DNA of 64,000 nt, taken from contig JBGARZ010000019.1 in assembly GCA_044229975.1 (NCBI GenBank), forward strand, positions 96,001 to 160,000, read 5' to 3'. The notes below the pieces were generated by a model. That model ran no database searches and was not told where the DNA came from. It saw nothing but the letters and a program-made list of their open reading frames with translations. This DNA is from Polyangiales bacterium. Lineage in GTDB: Bacteria > Myxococcota_A > Polyangia > Polyangiales > Ga0077539. This document shows positions 44,727-56,457 of the stretch, piece after piece. Numbering within the stretch: the stretch's first letter is position 1; each line of letters begins with the position of its first letter. The position numbers and the translations under genes are program-made.

Positions 44727-46490
44727 TCAGCGCTGGAAGGTCGACACGGCCGCGAGGCGTCGGCCGCCGTCGGCGAACCACAGCACCCCTTCGCGCTGCG
44801 GGTCCGCCATGCGGCACAGGCTCTGCGACCAGTCGCACCGCAGGTCGGCGCAGTGCGCCCCCGCAAACGGACCCAGCACCGCCCGCGGGTCGCCCAGCTC
44901 ACGCCGCTGCAACCGCCGCGGCTCGCCCCGCAGCGCCTGCCCCGGTTCGCGGTACGTGATCACCGCGAGCGTCGGACCCGTCGCCGCGAGAAACGCCCGC
45001 GCGTCGAGCCCCGCGATGCGGTCCACCAGGGCGCAAGCGGTCGCCGGGTCGGACGGCGTCGCCCGATAGCCCCGCAGCGCGCCGTCGATGGCGCGGAGCT
45101 CGGTGAGGTTGAACGCCACCCTCTGCATGTCGAGCCGGTGCGTAAGCTCGTGCTGAGACACCGTGCGCGGCGCCGCCTGGCTCGCGATGCTGGCGACGGT
45201 GGTGCCGTCCGCGAGCTGCCCCGACGAGACCAGCTCGAAGCTCCCGTCGCGCTCGAAATCTCGGATGTGCAGCGCGCGGTCGCCGGTCACTGCTCCGAGG
45301 CTGCGGTCGACGTACGCCCGCGGCGCGTGACCCGGCGTCGAGACGTACGCCCGCACCTCGCGCCCGCCGCTCGCGATGGCCACCTCGAAGGCCACCACGC
45401 GCTCCTCGCCCCGCGCCGCGCCGACGACCTGGCCCACCACGGCGCCGTCCATGGCGAGTCGTTCGGCTTGCGTACGATCGTCGGCGTCATCGATGCGCTC
45501 GGCGCCCCATGGCGTCGCTCGGGCAGGCTCCTCGACCCGCGCGCGCGCCTCGGACATCAGGGCAGCCACCACGATGCGCGTGCCGTCCTTGAGCAGCATC
45601 ACCTGCGCGGGCGAGGCGCCCTCGGTCGTCTGCCCGACGCAGCGATCGCCCGCCGAGCAGTCCATCGACGGCGCGATGCCGCGGATGATCGACAGCGCGT
45701 TGGCGAGGTGCGGGCTCGTCGGATCACCCTGCGGTGACACGTAGTCCGACTCCTGAAACGCGCCCACCTGCCAGGCGCGCAGCGTCGGCGCGCCCTCCGG
45801 GGTGAGCCGGTCGAGGAGCGCGTTGGGGCCGCCCTCGGCGATGGCGCGCACGGCCCGCTCGGCCTCTTGGGGCGTCGGGTCGGAGGGCGGCATCTCGAAG
45901 GTCAGCCGGCGGTCGAGGTCTTCGACGTCGGAGGCCCGGAGGAGCCCCGCTTCGAGCGGTGACAGCAGCCCCACTTCTGGCGCCTGGCTGCGCGGCGGAG
46001 GCAGCGGGAAGATGGTGAGCACGGTGCTGCCAGCGGGCATGTCCTCCGTCGCGTTGGCGCGGCCCAGGAGGTAGACCCAGCCCTGCGCGATGCGACCGAA
46101 GGCGACGTGGGCGCCGACCGGCCAGCGGCGCACGCGGTGGATCTCATCGCCGCGCGGGTCGTGGAAGAGCACCCAGACGTCGGTGGCCTCGTCGGGCGTC
46201 CCGGTGGCGATCACGGCGGAGAAGCGACCGGTGCTGGTGACGTCGGTGCAGAGCGGACCGAAGTGGACGGTGCGCCCGGTGCGGTAGCGCGACAGCGTGC
46301 GGAAGGTCTCCTCGGGGCAGCGGGCGACCGAGTCGACCGCGGGCGGGGTGATGGAGGCGCTGCCGTGGCGACCGCTGCGAGCATTGAGCCGCGCGCTGGC
46401 GACGGTGCGGGTTGCCGGGCGGGCGGGCGCGGTCGCCTCGCAGGACGCGGCGCCGAGAGTCGCCAGGAGTGCGATGGGGTGCAGGCGCAT
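44727..46490 (-). CDS. Hypothetical lipoprotein
   Basis: MRLHPIALLATLGAASC lipobox; 587-aa ORF with coding-like codon usage. Confidence 0.78.
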   Translation of the reverse strand: MRLHPIALLATLGAASCEATAPARPATRTVASARLNARSGRHGSASITPPAVDSVARCPEETFRTLSRYRTGRTVHFGPLCTDVTSTGRFSAVIATGTPDEATDVWVLFHDPRGDEIHRVRRWPVGAHVAFGRIAQGWVYLLGRANATEDMPAGSTVLTIFPLPPPRSQAPEVGLLSPLEAGLLRASDVEDLDRRLTFEMPPSDPTPQEAERAVRAIAEGGPNALLDRLTPEGAPTLRAWQVGAFQESDYVSPQGDPTSPHLANALSIIRGIAPSMDCSAGDRCVGQTTEGASPAQVMLLKDGTRIVVAALMSEARARVEEPARATPWGAERIDDADDRTQAERLAMDGAVVGQVVGAARGEERVVAFEVAIASGGREVRAYVSTPGHAPRAYVDRSLGAVTGDRALHIRDFERDGSFELVSSGQLADGTTVASIASQAAPRTVSQHELTHRLDMQRVAFNLTELRAIDGALRGYRATPSDPATACALVDRIAGLDARAFLAATGPTLAVITYREPGQALRGEPRRLQRRELGDPRAVLGPFAGAHCADLRCDWSQSLCRMADPQREGVLWFADGGRRLAAVSTFQR

Positions 46491-46540
46491 GGGGGGCGGT
46501 CGCGACCCTAGAACACCGGTCGGGGTCGGTACAAGAACGC

Positions 46541-46582
46541 CGAAGCCCCGCGCCCGGAGGTGAATCCGGGGGCAGGGCTTCG
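46541..46582 (-). terminator. Putative intrinsic terminator of groES-groEL
   Basis: Hairpin CGAAGCCC...CCGGA/TCCGG...GGGCTTCG about 40 nt after the groEL stop, followed by a weak U-rich tail (GCGTTCTTGT). Confidence 0.65.
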
Positions 46583-46621
46583 TGCGAGACCTACGAGGTC
46601 CTCAGCGGTCGGAGACTTCGA

Positions 46622-48830
<2,209 letters not shown>

Positions 48831-48881
48831 GGGTCGTCTGTGAGACCGTGAGGTGTCCGTTAGGTGAGGGATTTCGCGGCA

Positions 48882-48908
48882 TCAGCACTCGCCCGCTTCG
48901 ACTGCCAG
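48882..48908. promoter_or_regulatory. CIRCE element (HrcA operator), distal
   Basis: TCAGCACTC-N9-GACTGCCAG. Confidence 0.8.
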
Positions 48909-49073
48909 GGCAGCGTTTCGGGTGGGTTGGGGTGCTCTGTTGGAGGGCCGAGGGAGGGCCTGGTGGGGACCGCGAGAATTGTGCGGGGGTCGAAGCGGGG
49001 GCGGCATAATCGATGGGTCACCCGCCGCGCGTTGGGTACGAAGCCCGCCGCGGCCCTTCATCGGAGGTCACGG

Positions 49074-49622
49074 ATGGCGATCGAGGCGTGCGCAGATCTA
49101 CGAGGGTTCTTCCAGGGGGCGGTGCTGGAGGCGATGCGTCGCAAGCGCCTCGGGGCGGAAGCCGACACCACCGAGCACATGACCGACCTGCTCATGGCCT
49201 GCGCGCGGGCCGACGGCGCGGCGCTGCTGGAGCGCCCGCTGGTGTGGATGCTCGACGAGGCGATGACCTGCACCGACGGCGTTCGGATGCACGCGCTGTG
49301 TGAGACGGGGGACGCGGCGCTCGCGCGCTCGGGGCTCATCGCGACGCCCGACGACGTGGAGTACTTCACCGAGGTGGGGCAGTTCGCGTACCGCGGCGCG
49401 GCGGACGAGGCCGAGAAGGTGAGCGGCGAGCGGCCCGTGGTGCTGGCCGAACTCGGTGAGCGCTTCCCGGAGTTTGTGGAGGTGCTGGCCGAGGCGTCGG
49501 CCCTGGGGGACGTCACGAAGGCGCTGGTGAAGCGCTACGCGATGCAGCGGGCCGATCAGCCGAAGCGCTGCTTGAGCTCGTCGATGTACGTGTCGACGGC
49601 CTCGCGCGACGGGCGATCGTAG
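49074..49622 (+). CDS. Hypothetical protein
   Basis: GGAGG SD 6 nt before the ATG; helical protein [10 protein letters not shown]...GDAALARSG...[13 protein letters not shown]; 3' end overlaps rpoZ. Confidence 0.75.
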   Translation: MAIEACADLRGFFQGAVLEAMRRKRLGAEADTTEHMTDLLMACARADGAALLERPLVWMLDEAMTCTDGVRMHALCETGDAALARSGLIATPDDVEYFTEVGQFAYRGAADEAEKVSGERPVVLAELGERFPEFVEVLAEASALGDVTKALVKRYAMQRADQPKRCLSSSMYVSTASRDGRS

Positions 49623-49804
49623 CGGACGCGGCCCGCGGCGATTTCGCGCAGGGCGAGCACGGCCGGCTTGTTCTTGTACTTGTGGGCCTCGAGCTGGACC
49701 TTCGCGCCCTTCATGATCTGACGGGTGCGGTTGGACGCGAGGATCACCAGCGCAAAGCGGTTGTCCTCGTTGTCCAGGCAATCTTCGACGGTCACTCGTG
49801 CCAT
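49556..49804 (-). CDS. rpoZ: RNA polymerase omega subunit
   Basis: [16 protein letters not shown] and [23 protein letters not shown]. Confidence 0.96.
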   Translation of the reverse strand: MARVTVEDCLDNEDNRFALVILASNRTRQIMKGAKVQLEAHKYKNKPAVLALREIAAGRVRYDRPSREAVDTYIDELKQRFG

Positions 49805-49898
49805 GGTCGGTCTCTCCTCGGTCGGGCTAATGGCTGTCAGACCCGGTCTGGTCGACAGGCGGGCAGTGGTACAGCGCTCCCGCCGCGCGGGCAAGGGA

Positions 49899-51848
49899 TC
49901 ACTCCGAGGTTGGCGGCTCGGACCCGGGGGCCGACAGCGCGAGGTCGAGGATCTTTGTCGTCCCCACGTAGGCCTTGGTCTCGAAGCGGGACACCTGACC
50001 CAGCCGCCGGACGATGTCGGCCATGCGACCGGCCTCCCGCAGGATGACCTCGGCGCTCCTGGTCATGGCCGAGTCGTCGGCCGCCCGTCGGCGGAGCAGC
50101 TCGGCGTGGCCGTGGATCGCCGTCAGCGGCTGGTTGAGCTCGTGCGCCGCGGCGCCCGAGAGCTCCGCGATCATCGACTGCTGCTCGGTGCGACCGAGCT
50201 CGGACTGCACCCGCGCGAGGCGCTCCTCGATGCGGAGGCGCTCACGCAGGTCGGAGAAGATCACCACGATGCCGGTGCCCGGGTCGTCGCCGTGCAGCGT
50301 CGCCGCCGAGAGCAGCACCGGAATCACCTCACCGTCGCGGGCGATGACCTCGCTGCGCGCGCCCTCGATGCGCCCCTCGGCCGTGCTGCGAACCCGACGC
50401 GCGTAGTCCTGGAAGTGCCCTTCGCGAAAGAAGGTGTCGATGACCGTGTCGGGCGCGAGGTCGTCGCGGCGCCACCCGAGGATGCGCTCGGCGGCGAAGT
50501 TGAGCAGCAACACCTCGCCCGTCGGCGACGCCGCCATGATGGCGTCGGGAGAGCTCTCGATGAGGGAGGTGAGGAAGTTCTGCGTGTGGGCGAGCTCGGC
50601 GGCCGTGGCGCGCTCGGCGGTCACGTCGCGCAGGGTGATGAGCACGGCGTTTTCGTCGCGCACCGCAGCCGAGGACGAGAGCGAGAGCGTCCGCACCTGG
50701 CCGTCCTTGCGAATCACCCGCAGGTCGAACTGCGACGGGTACTCCCTCCGCCCGTAGGCTTCGCGCAGCGCCCGTAGCCGGTCGTGATCGTCGGGGAAGA
50801 TCACGTCGTGGAGCTTGATGTCCCGCACCTCGGCTTCGCTGTACCCGGTGATCTCGGTGACCCTCGGATTGGCGTGCAGCGGGCGCCCGTCGAGGTCGAA
50901 CACCACCATCCCGTCGGCCGACGCGAGGAAGAGGTTGGCGTAGGGCTCCAGGGCCTTGAGCCGACGTTCGGTCTCCTGCTGCGCGTGGCTCACCGCGAGG
51001 CGCTCTTCGCGCAGGCGCTGAAACTCGCGTGCGTTGCGGAGCGCCGCCGCGGTGGCGTTGGCGACGGTCTCGCAGAGGGCCTGCTCGCGCTCGTCGAGCC
51101 GCCCGCGGGCCTCCCCCGCGCGGAGGAAGAGAACGCCAAACGACCGCTGTTCGAGCGCGATGGGGAAGAGGGCAAGAAACGGAAACCGCGTGCCGCTCAC
51201 CAGCTCGCGCACCGCGTCGAGCAGCGGGTGTGTCGGCGCGTCATCGATGAGCAGCGGCCGCCGCGAGGCGAGCACCTGATGGATCTCGGGGTACCGGTCG
51301 AGCTCCAGCGCGCGGTCGGCCTCGCCCTGGACGTCGTTGGAGGCAACCATGTGCCCGACGCTCGCGTCTTCGCGGGCCAGCACCACCGAGCACCGCTCGA
51401 CCTCCACCACCTCCGCGAGCCGACCCACCACGTTGCGCAGGATCTCCCGCGCGTCGGTGTGGGCCGTAAAGGTCTGGGTAAGCTCCAGCAACACCTTCGC
51501 GTCGCGGGCCCGCCGCTGGAGGTCGCGGTCGCGCTCCCGACGCCGTTGCAGCCGGACGACCCGCGCCACGAGCTCGGCCATCTCGAAGGGAACCCGCAGC
51601 ACGTCATCGGCCCCGTGCTCGAAGGCGAGCGCCACCGCGGCCGGATCGCTTGTCATCGCGAGCACCGCCGCGCCGTCGCAGCGCCAGGTCGCGACCGCCG
51701 AGGCGTCGATCAGGTGCACCAGGTCATCGGGCTGCGGCGCGTCTCCGACGATCGCCTTGCATCCCAACCGCGTGAGCGAGTCGGCGATGGACGCGCGGAG
51801 GAGCGCGTCTTGGAGGGCGATCACGATGCGGGGCACGGCGATGGGCAT
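49899..51848 (-). CDS. Signalling protein with degenerate REC, GAF, two PAS and HisKA domains but no HATPase domain
   Basis: [10 protein letters not shown] receiver remnant; RCSVVL...YPEI GAF; two PAS domains ([21 protein letters not shown]); H-box [10 protein letters not shown]; stop ~70 aa later. Confidence 0.85.
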   Translation of the reverse strand: MPIAVPRIVIALQDALLRASIADSLTRLGCKAIVGDAPQPDDLVHLIDASAVATWRCDGAAVLAMTSDPAAVALAFEHGADDVLRVPFEMAELVARVVRLQRRRERDRDLQRRARDAKVLLELTQTFTAHTDAREILRNVVGRLAEVVEVERCSVVLAREDASVGHMVASNDVQGEADRALELDRYPEIHQVLASRRPLLIDDAPTHPLLDAVRELVSGTRFPFLALFPIALEQRSFGVLFLRAGEARGRLDEREQALCETVANATAAALRNAREFQRLREERLAVSHAQQETERRLKALEPYANLFLASADGMVVFDLDGRPLHANPRVTEITGYSEAEVRDIKLHDVIFPDDHDRLRALREAYGRREYPSQFDLRVIRKDGQVRTLSLSSSAAVRDENAVLITLRDVTAERATAAELAHTQNFLTSLIESSPDAIMAASPTGEVLLLNFAAERILGWRRDDLAPDTVIDTFFREGHFQDYARRVRSTAEGRIEGARSEVIARDGEVIPVLLSAATLHGDDPGTGIVVIFSDLRERLRIEERLARVQSELGRTEQQSMIAELSGAAAHELNQPLTAIHGHAELLRRRAADDSAMTRSAEVILREAGRMADIVRRLGQVSRFETKAYVGTTKILDLALSAPGSEPPTSE

Positions 51849-51895
51849 CGCACCGGAGACGCTAGCCCGCCGATATCACCCCCGGCAAACTTGCA

Positions 51896-53185
51896 TCATT
51901 CCCGGCGGCTCCACCACGCGCCGAGCGCCGCCGCCACCACCACCCGCGTCGGGACGCCGCTCCGCACCGCCGCGGCCCGGCACGCCTCAAGCTCCGGGTG
52001 GCACTGCGGCGCCAGGCCATCTTCGCGCGCCACCTTCACGGGAATCTCCCCGTACGCCGTCTCGACCGAGACCGTCTCGCGCGGGCGCTCGGTTCGCTCC
52101 ACGGCGCTCCATCGCAGGCCCAGCGATCCGCTCTCGGCCAGCATCACCGCACCCACCCGCTCTCGCTCGGTCGCTGCCACCAGCGCCGACACCATCACCC
52201 CGGGGCGCCCCTTCTTCATCCCGATGGCGGTCGTCCAGACGTCCAGCGCGCCCTCGCGAAGCAGCCGCTCGGTAAGAACGGCAACCAGCTCCGCGCTCAG
52301 GTCGTCGAGGTTGCACCGCAGCTCGACGTGCGTGCCCGCGGCGGGCGTTCGCTCGGCCGTCACCGTCGCCGGATCGCCCAGCACCACCCGCAGGAGGTTG
52401 GGGCGGTCGGGCCAGCGGCGCGTCCCGGAGCCGAAGCCCGTGACGACGGGGGACATCGCGGGCCACGGCTCGAAGCTCGTCGCGTTGGCGCGCACGAGGC
52501 TCGCACCCGTCGGCGTCACCATCTCTCCCCGCACCGCCGCAGCGATGGTCGGAACGCCCGCCAGCACCTCGACCACCGCGGGAGCAGGCAGCGGGAGAAC
52601 GCCGTGCGCGGCACGGACGAAGCCCTGTGACATGGGCAACGGTCCGGCGTTGACGCGCGCGCCCAGCCAATCGAGGCCCGCGCACGCGGCGACCACGTCG
52701 ACGATGGCATCCACCGCGCCGACCTCGTGGAAGTGAACCTCCTCCGGGTCCATGCGATGCACCCTCCCCTCGGCGCGGGCGAGCACCGCGAAGGTCGCGA
52801 GCGCGCGGTCGCGCACCCCCGGCGGCAGCGCGGCAGACTCCAGCATCGCGCGAATGTCCCGGTAGCAGCGCTGGGGCTGCGGCTCCGTCACCGTGACGAT
52901 GAAGCGCGTGGCCACCACGCCGTGGTCGGTGCGGTGCGCGAGGGCGAGCTCGTACCCGTCCACCGGCAGCGCATCGAGCGCGCCCGACATGGCCTCCGGC
53001 GGAACGCCCAGGTCGAGCAGCGCCGCCACCAGCATGTCGCCCGCGACGCCAGCGAACGCGTCGAGGTGGAGCACGCGACCCGCGCCCGCGCCGTGGGCGA
53101 GGGCGGGGGGAGGGAGCCACGGACCGGGGTCGTCCTTCGGCGCTTCGCGCTCGGCGGCCTCGGAGCCTGAATCGTCGTGGGGCAT
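51896..53185 (-). CDS. larC: Nickel-pincer cofactor biosynthesis protein LarC
   Basis: DAFAGVAGDM, VHFHEVGAVDAIVD, HGVLPLPAPA, TPTGA, NLDD, MKKGRPG and PELEAC. Confidence 0.93.
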   Translation of the reverse strand: MPHDDSGSEAAEREAPKDDPGPWLPPPALAHGAGAGRVLHLDAFAGVAGDMLVAALLDLGVPPEAMSGALDALPVDGYELALAHRTDHGVVATRFIVTVTEPQPQRCYRDIRAMLESAALPPGVRDRALATFAVLARAEGRVHRMDPEEVHFHEVGAVDAIVDVVAACAGLDWLGARVNAGPLPMSQGFVRAAHGVLPLPAPAVVEVLAGVPTIAAAVRGEMVTPTGASLVRANATSFEPWPAMSPVVTGFGSGTRRWPDRPNLLRVVLGDPATVTAERTPAAGTHVELRCNLDDLSAELVAVLTERLLREGALDVWTTAIGMKKGRPGVMVSALVAATERERVGAVMLAESGSLGLRWSAVERTERPRETVSVETAYGEIPVKVAREDGLAPQCHPELEACRAAAVRSGVPTRVVVAAALGAWWSRRE

Positions 53186-53485
53186 CGCGCGCTCCGTCGG
53201 CTCCGCCGTGCGCGGCGGGGCGGTTGGGGGTGTGGTCGACCGCGGCTTGCGAGAGCGCGCCGGTGGTTGTCAACCACAATCACCCGCGCGACGGATGGCG
53301 CGGCGAAGCGCGCGTGAGACGGGGGACGGAAGGCGACGCGAATCTTTAATGGCCTTCGTGGAATGCTGTCGCTATGCTTCGCCCGGTACCGCTTCAATCG
53401 AAGGTCACCCCCGCGGGGGTCATGGTCGTCGGGTCATTGGGGTGGAGAGAGTGCGTTGAACCGTGGCGGCGATGGTGGGTGTGAC

Positions 53486-54838
53486 GTGAAGGTGATCCCG
53501 CAGGAGGGCACGGAGCTGCTCGACGTCGATCCGCAGGTCAAGGCCGCGGGTCGAACCCGGGTGGCCAACCCCCTGCGCTTCGCCCCACTGACAGGCATCC
53601 TGTCGACCGATCCGACGGGCGCGCTGCTCGTCCGCCGCGTCCGCGTGCGCGTAACCAGCGGCCCCGACCGCGGGCGAGAAGCACTGCTCGAAGCGGGCAC
53701 CCTCCTCGTCGGCACCCACTCCGACAACGACCTCATCCTGCGTGACCCGCAGGTCGGCAAGTACCACCTGGAGATCGCACTCGTCGCCGGAGGCATCCGC
53801 GTGCGCGACCTCGGCAGCGACGCCGGCACCTACGTGGGCTCGGCGAAGGTGCAGCACGGGGTGTTCGCCATGGGCACCGAGGTCAGCCTCGGTCGCAGCA
53901 CCCTCCAGCTCCTGTCTGGTGATATTCCGGTTCCGGTTCCGCCGAGCGAGCGCACGAGCTTCGGGCCGGTGCTGGGTCAGTCGCCGTCCATGCGGACGCT
54001 CTTCGCCCTGCTGGAGCGGGTCGCGCCCTCCGATGCGCCGGTGGTGCTCGAAGGCGAGTCGGGCACCGGGCGCAGCCTCATCGCGCGGGCCATCCACGCG
54101 AGCTCGCGCTTCGCCGCGTCGCCGATGACCTCCATCGACTTCCGGCTCCCGTCGCACGAGCGCCCGACGCTCTCCAGCCTCGCGCAGCGCACCGACACCT
54201 TCACGCTGCTGGTCGATCGCATCGACAAGGCCACCCCGGCCGAGCAGACGGCCCTGCTCTCGCTCTATGAGCGCCGCGAAGAGGGCGTGCTCGACGCGCG
54301 CATCATCGCCACCTCCAACACCGACCTGCGCCGCGAGGGCGCGGACGGGCGCTTCCGCCGCGAGCTTGTTCCGCACGCGGCTGCGGTGCGCATCGCGGTG
54401 CCGTCGTTGCGTGCGCGGGTGGAAGACATCCCGTTGCTGGTGCGGCAGTTCGCGCGGGAGGTCTGTGGCGCCGAGCTGGAGTTCGAGAGCCACGACTTCG
54501 ATCGGCTGCTCGCCCGCGAGTACCCCGGCAACGTGCGCGAACTCCGGCAGCTCATCGGCAAGGCGCTCCAGGTGGACGCCGCGCCGTTGCAGCTCCCCAA
54601 GGCGGGCCTCGCGCGGGCTCGTGCTGCGCTGGTGATGCCGCTCAACGCGCGGCCGAAGCCCCCGTCGCCGAAGGTGGCGCGCGATCGGCTGGTGGAGTTC
54701 TTCGAGCGCGACCACGTCGAGCAGACGCACAAGCGGCTCAACGGCAACGTCGCGGACATCGGCCGGGCGCTCGGGCTCCCGCGGCGCGATGTCATCAAGA
54801 CGCTCAAGCGCTTCGGGCTGCCGTCTCCCGATCGCTGA
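53486..54838 (+). CDS. FHA + sigma54-interaction-like AAA + HTH regulator (degenerate)
   Basis: FHA-like region (LVGTHSDNDL, VRDLGS); GESGTGRS, RIIATSN, GRFRREL, PSLRARVEDIP, YPGNVREL; Fis-type HTH; start uncertain. Confidence 0.85.
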   Translation: MKVIPQEGTELLDVDPQVKAAGRTRVANPLRFAPLTGILSTDPTGALLVRRVRVRVTSGPDRGREALLEAGTLLVGTHSDNDLILRDPQVGKYHLEIALVAGGIRVRDLGSDAGTYVGSAKVQHGVFAMGTEVSLGRSTLQLLSGDIPVPVPPSERTSFGPVLGQSPSMRTLFALLERVAPSDAPVVLEGESGTGRSLIARAIHASSRFAASPMTSIDFRLPSHERPTLSSLAQRTDTFTLLVDRIDKATPAEQTALLSLYERREEGVLDARIIATSNTDLRREGADGRFRRELVPHAAAVRIAVPSLRARVEDIPLLVRQFAREVCGAELEFESHDFDRLLAREYPGNVRELRQLIGKALQVDAAPLQLPKAGLARARAALVMPLNARPKPPSPKVARDRLVEFFERDHVEQTHKRLNGNVADIGRALGLPRRDVIKTLKRFGLPSPDR

Positions 54839-54863
54839 CCCGGCAACGGGTGGTGCTGCGGTT

Positions 54864-54973
54864 GAAGCCGCAAGGGCGCCAGGGTCGCAAGGAAGAGATC
54901 AAGATTCGGAGCGGGGGGGAGGGTTTGGGGCCGAGCCATTCATCCCTTGCGACCCTCGCGTCCTTGCGGCTTC
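54864..54973. repeat. Intergenic inverted-repeat element (REP/MITE-like), copy 2
   Basis: 31-nt arms at 54864-54894 and 54943-54973 with 3 mismatches, same family as 5744-5894; sits between convergent genes. Confidence 0.85.
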
Positions 54974-55929
54974 TACTGCGTCGCCTGTCGCCCGCCTTCA
55001 TCCGATCGGAAGTGGTCCCAGCCCGCGGCGACGAGCGGGGTGACGACCTCGCCTCGCCGCGCCTGCACTCCTTCGCCGACCCGTACCTCACCGACGATCG
55101 TCCAGCGGTGATCGAATGCGTCGAAGGGACCCGCCGCGAGCAGCTCGTAGTCCTCGCCGCCGTGCAGGGCGAGCGTCGTCGCGTCGTGACCAAGCGCCGC
55201 CGCGGCTTCGCGCTGGCCCGGCAGCATCGGGAGGCGCTCGACGTCGATCACCAGTGCGCAGCCCGACGCCACGGCCATGTGCTGCGCGTCGGAGGCGAGG
55301 CCGTCGGACAGGTCGATGGCGGCGTGTGCGCGGCTCGCGATCGATAGCCCTTCCGCGACGCGCGCCAATGGTGAACGCCACCGGCCAACGAACGCGCCGT
55401 GCTCGTCGTCACGTCCTGTCATCAACGCTCGCAGTCCCACCGCCGCCGCGCCCGGGCGTCCCGTCACCGCCAGCACGTCGCCCGGACGAGCACCGTCGCG
55501 ACGCAGCAGCGGTCCTGCCGCGCGCCCCATCGCGGTGGTGGTGAGCGACAGCGCCGGACCGCCGGTGAGGTTGCCGCCCGCCACGCGCATCCCGAGACGA
55601 CGCGCCGCGCGCAACGAGCCCGCGCCGAGGGCTTCCACGAAGGCGTCGGTGGTCTCGCGCGGGAGGCTCCACGCGAGGAGCAGCTCGGTCGGGGTCGCGC
55701 CCATGGCCGCGAGGTCGCTCACGGCGGACTCGACGGCGCGGGCGGCGAGGTCGTCAGGGGAGATCCAGCGCAGGTCGAAGTGGACGCCCTCCACCGCGGC
55801 ATCGACCGTGACCACCAGGGGGCGCGGGTCGTGCAGCACCGCGGCGTCGTCGCCGATGCCCACGTCGGGCGGGTCGAGGCACCCGAAGAGGGAACCCAAC
55901 CGCGCGATGCGCTCGAACTCGTCGCTCAT
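54973..55929 (-). CDS. thiL: Thiamine-monophosphate kinase
   Basis: EFERI, GIGDDAAV, EGVHF, SDLAAMGA, GGN, IDLSDGL, GGEDYEL and GWDHF. Confidence 0.96.
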   Translation of the reverse strand: MSDEFERIARLGSLFGCLDPPDVGIGDDAAVLHDPRPLVVTVDAAVEGVHFDLRWISPDDLAARAVESAVSDLAAMGATPTELLLAWSLPRETTDAFVEALGAGSLRAARRLGMRVAGGNLTGGPALSLTTTAMGRAAGPLLRRDGARPGDVLAVTGRPGAAAVGLRALMTGRDDEHGAFVGRWRSPLARVAEGLSIASRAHAAIDLSDGLASDAQHMAVASGCALVIDVERLPMLPGQREAAAALGHDATTLALHGGEDYELLAAGPFDAFDHRWTIVGEVRVGEGVQARRGEVVTPLVAAGWDHFRSDEGGRQATQ

Positions 55930-56354
55930 TCGTCGCGTGAGGTGAGGCGATCCCAGGGGATGAGCACCACCACGAGCACCTCGGCGGCGAACACCCACGG
56001 CGAGGCGAGCCGCGGTTGATGGGACATCTGCGCGACCAGGAGCGTGAGCACCACGAGGGTCATCGCGGCGACCATGGGCAGCAGCCACCGGCGGGCGCTG
56101 CGGGTGATCTCGTGCTCGCTGCGCTTGGGGGGCGTGAGGGTGAGCATCGCGACGCGCAGGATGGCGTCGATGCCCTGCTGGGCGCGCACGGCGCGGGCGG
56201 GGTCGGTGAGGGAGGCGCGGTAGTGGCGCGCGGCGTCGGGGAGGCGCGTGAGAGACGACGCGAGGGCCACGAAGGCGCGGTGGCGGTCGTCGCTCTCCCA
56301 GTCGTCGACGAGGGTGTTCCAGGCGGTCTCGATCGGGTCCGTCTCGTCGCTCAC
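55926..56354 (-). CDS. Hypothetical membrane protein
   Basis: W...WESDDRHRAF...LPDAARHY plus two C-terminal TM helices; stop overlaps the thiL start. Confidence 0.72.
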   Translation of the reverse strand: MSDETDPIETAWNTLVDDWESDDRHRAFVALASSLTRLPDAARHYRASLTDPARAVRAQQGIDAILRVAMLTLTPPKRSEHEITRSARRWLLPMVAAMTLVVLTLLVAQMSHQPRLASPWVFAAEVLVVVLIPWDRLTSRDE

Positions 56355-56457
56355 GGCGGGGGATATTGGCGGCGGTGGGGGCGGGGAGCAACGGGGAGCG
56401 GCCCTGTCGAAAGATTGACCAACGCCTCCCGAACATGCGGTGAGTCCCCTCGCGACG

